IMG/VR virus record: IMGVR_UViG_3300018481_000020 | Location: 17,458 to 81,457 of that record | Direction: 5' to 3' (one strand) | DNA: 64,000 nt | Source: a virus | In this document: one piece after another, positions 62,490-64,000 of the stretch | How positions within the stretch are numbered: the stretch's first letter is position 1 | Layout of the letters: every line of letters begins with the position of its first letter | The notes under the pieces: generated by a model | Seen by the model: the letters and a program-made list of their open reading frames with translations, nothing else | Database searches by the model: none | Told to the model about the DNA's origin: nothing | Position numbers and translations under genes: made by a program

Positions 62490-63179
62490 TCAGTTGCTGA
62501 TCCCCGGTAGCTGCCACTCATCGTCAGCCAAGGTGGCTTCAGAATGGCACTCCTGGCAGACCAGCATGGCGGTGTGGTTGGCCTCTTCGGTCGGATCGCT
62601 GAGCGGAACGTAGTGCTCCACGTCATTGATCTTCAGCACGCCGGCACGTCCGGCGTAGGTGACCCGCCGGACGACCTTCAACCCCACATTGCGATCACCA
62701 CAGTTGGGACAGGTGACCGCCTTGGGGATGATCGCCGGTGCGTTCACCGACAGCCGGTCGGCTAGATCCTGGAAGGCCTTGAACGCCCAGTCCGGGATCT
62801 CGGATGGGAACTCCTTCTTCATCCAGGTGCGAGCCTCTCGATACCGGTAGTTGCTGATCGGTACCACCTTGAGCCGACTGAACCAACCGATCGACTCCTC
62901 CGGATCGTTCCTGCTGAAGTACTTGCAGAGCACGAAGGAGTTCAGTAGTCGTTCCTCCCAGTCCGGAAATGTCTTCGCGTGCTTCTCTGCGTCGATCATC
63001 CTGAGGATGACGAAGTCACGCTCCAGCATCGTGTTCGCGGTGGCCAGTATGGCCGCATCACCGACATCGAAGTTGAGCTGCTCGTCGAGGGGCATGATCT
63101 CGTCCTCGACAACCTCCGAAACCCCCAGGAACGAGTTGGACTCCAGCATCAGAGCCAGCAGCGGATGTGGATCACTCAT
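62490..63179 (-). CDS. hypothetical protein with C-terminal Zn ribbon
   Basis: GGAGG RBS; CPNC...CQEC. Confidence 0.7.
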   Translation of the reverse strand: MSDPHPLLALMLESNSFLGVSEVVEDEIMPLDEQLNFDVGDAAILATANTMLERDFVILRMIDAEKHAKTFPDWEERLLNSFVLCKYFSRNDPEESIGWFSRLKVVPISNYRYREARTWMKKEFPSEIPDWAFKAFQDLADRLSVNAPAIIPKAVTCPNCGDRNVGLKVVRRVTYAGRAGVLKINDVEHYVPLSDPTEEANHTAMLVCQECHSEATLADDEWQLPGISN

Positions 63180-63429
63180 TTCCATACCTCCTGGTGATGT
63201 AGATCTGGGCAATGGACTGGAACCAGGCCAACCACCCGACAGAGGTGGCTGGCGCTGAGGTTCCGTACGGACGAGGATCGATGGCGTCCTGGGCCGGTTC
63301 TCCATACCCGCCAGGACACACCTCGATCAGCTCGTCCGGGTTGCCAGCCCAGACGAAGGACACCTCGTGTGCCTTGTCGTAGTAGGCGAAGTGCGCGTGG
63401 TTATCCGCGTTCTGTGGCATCTGTGGCAT
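63172..63429 (-). CDS. hypothetical protein
   Basis: RBS present; overlaps neighbours. Confidence 0.55.
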   Translation of the reverse strand: MPQMPQNADNHAHFAYYDKAHEVSFVWAGNPDELIEVCPGGYGEPAQDAIDPRPYGTSAPATSVGWLAWFQSIAQIYITRRYGNE

Positions 63430-63547
63430 CTGCCTTCTCCTTCCGGGCTCGCATCTCGGCCGCCTCCATCAGATTGGCGATCCGGTTCAGCGAGGTGGCG
63501 ATGCTGTTGATGTCCTGCCACATCCGCATCTCTCCTTGGCTGACCAT
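63401..63547 (-). CDS. hypothetical peptide (48 aa)
   Basis: Read manually: MVSQGEMRMWQDINSIATSLNRIANL...; TGATG coupling. Confidence 0.5.
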   Translation of the reverse strand: MVSQGEMRMWQDINSIATSLNRIANLMEAAEMRARKEKADATDATERG

Positions 63548-63720
63548 CACGCCTTCCTTCGGGAGATGTGTACGTAGGTCAAGTTCTGGTGGTGGGTGAC
63601 CAGATCGACCTCCAGGTCTGAGGGGATCACCAGCGTGATCCCTTCGTCGCGCAGGGTGTTGATCTCCGCTGCGGCGATCTCACTGGTGAACATGACCACC
63701 TCGTTGATCTTGACCGCCAT
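63547..63720 (-). CDS. hypothetical peptide (57 aa)
   Basis: Read manually: MAVKINEVVMFTSEIAAAEIN...; TGATG coupling on both sides. Confidence 0.55.
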   Translation of the reverse strand: MAVKINEVVMFTSEIAAAEINTLRDEGITLVIPSDLEVDLVTHHQNLTYVHISRRKA

Positions 63721-64000
63721 CAGACGGCGTCCGGGTCGAAGCCGGCCCGCTCCCGCTTCTCGGCCTTGGCCAGCAGATCGAGCACTGCTTGTTGGCTGGG
63801 AGCCTCTTGGTCATTCCAGTGGACCACTGCAGCGGATGTCTCTGCCAAAGCGTGTCGCGCCCATGCACGCAAAGTCGTCTCCGGAGGTTCTACGTCCGGG
63901 AAGAGGGTCTGCCACACCGCGTATAGCACCTCGTTCACTGCAGCGATCTTGCTCGGCTGCACGTTGCGGTTCTCGTCCATCCAGCCTTGAGACACCACAA
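63720..64000 (-). CDS. hypothetical protein, probably 5'-truncated by the window edge
   Basis: QGW...WND......VL..L pattern common in actinophage early proteins. Confidence 0.5.
   Translation of the reverse strand, partial: VVSQGWMDENRNVQPSKIAAVNEVLYAVWQTLFPDVEPPETTLRAWARHALAETSAAVVHWNDQEAPSQQAVLDLLAKAEKRERAGFDPDAV

Overview
The window is a segment of a high-GC, long-tailed (siphovirus-type) dsDNA phage or prophage, most likely infecting Actinobacteria (WhiB gene, actinophage-type M15 endolysin, leaderless starts). The + strand (1-53.8 kb) carries DNA-metabolism and regulatory genes (Cas4-like nuclease, LAGLIDADG-like ORF, RHH/HTH proteins, GDPD-like and EEP phosphoesterases, RuvC, WhiB). 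It then carries a morphogenesis region in unusual order: putative TerS, fibre module 1, endolysin, TerL, fibre module 2, portal, MuF, XkdF-like protease, scaffold, capsid, neck, tail tube, frameshifted chaperone, tape measure and tail tip. The - strand (53.8-64 kb) is a convergent early-type operon (GIY-YIG-like, ParB-like, AAA+ ATPase, K/A-rich membrane protein). Three observations stand out. (1) At least six head-module genes with otherwise unrelated sequences share an N-terminal SAFGV[DE]H...[VI][SE]K leader, carry different cargo (zincin, tandem ParB-like domains, Gly/Ala-rich cationic segments) and sit beside a protease and scaffold full of similar K motifs. This suggests a signal-directed capsid cargo-loading and processing system. 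(2) A bipartite motif with fixed spacing occurs seven times before late genes and is a candidate phage-specific late promoter. (3) A ~200-nt highly structured candidate ncRNA with its own promoter and terminator lies at the convergence point. No tRNA, CRISPR array or integrase was seen. All family assignments come from motif recognition by eye, not database searches.
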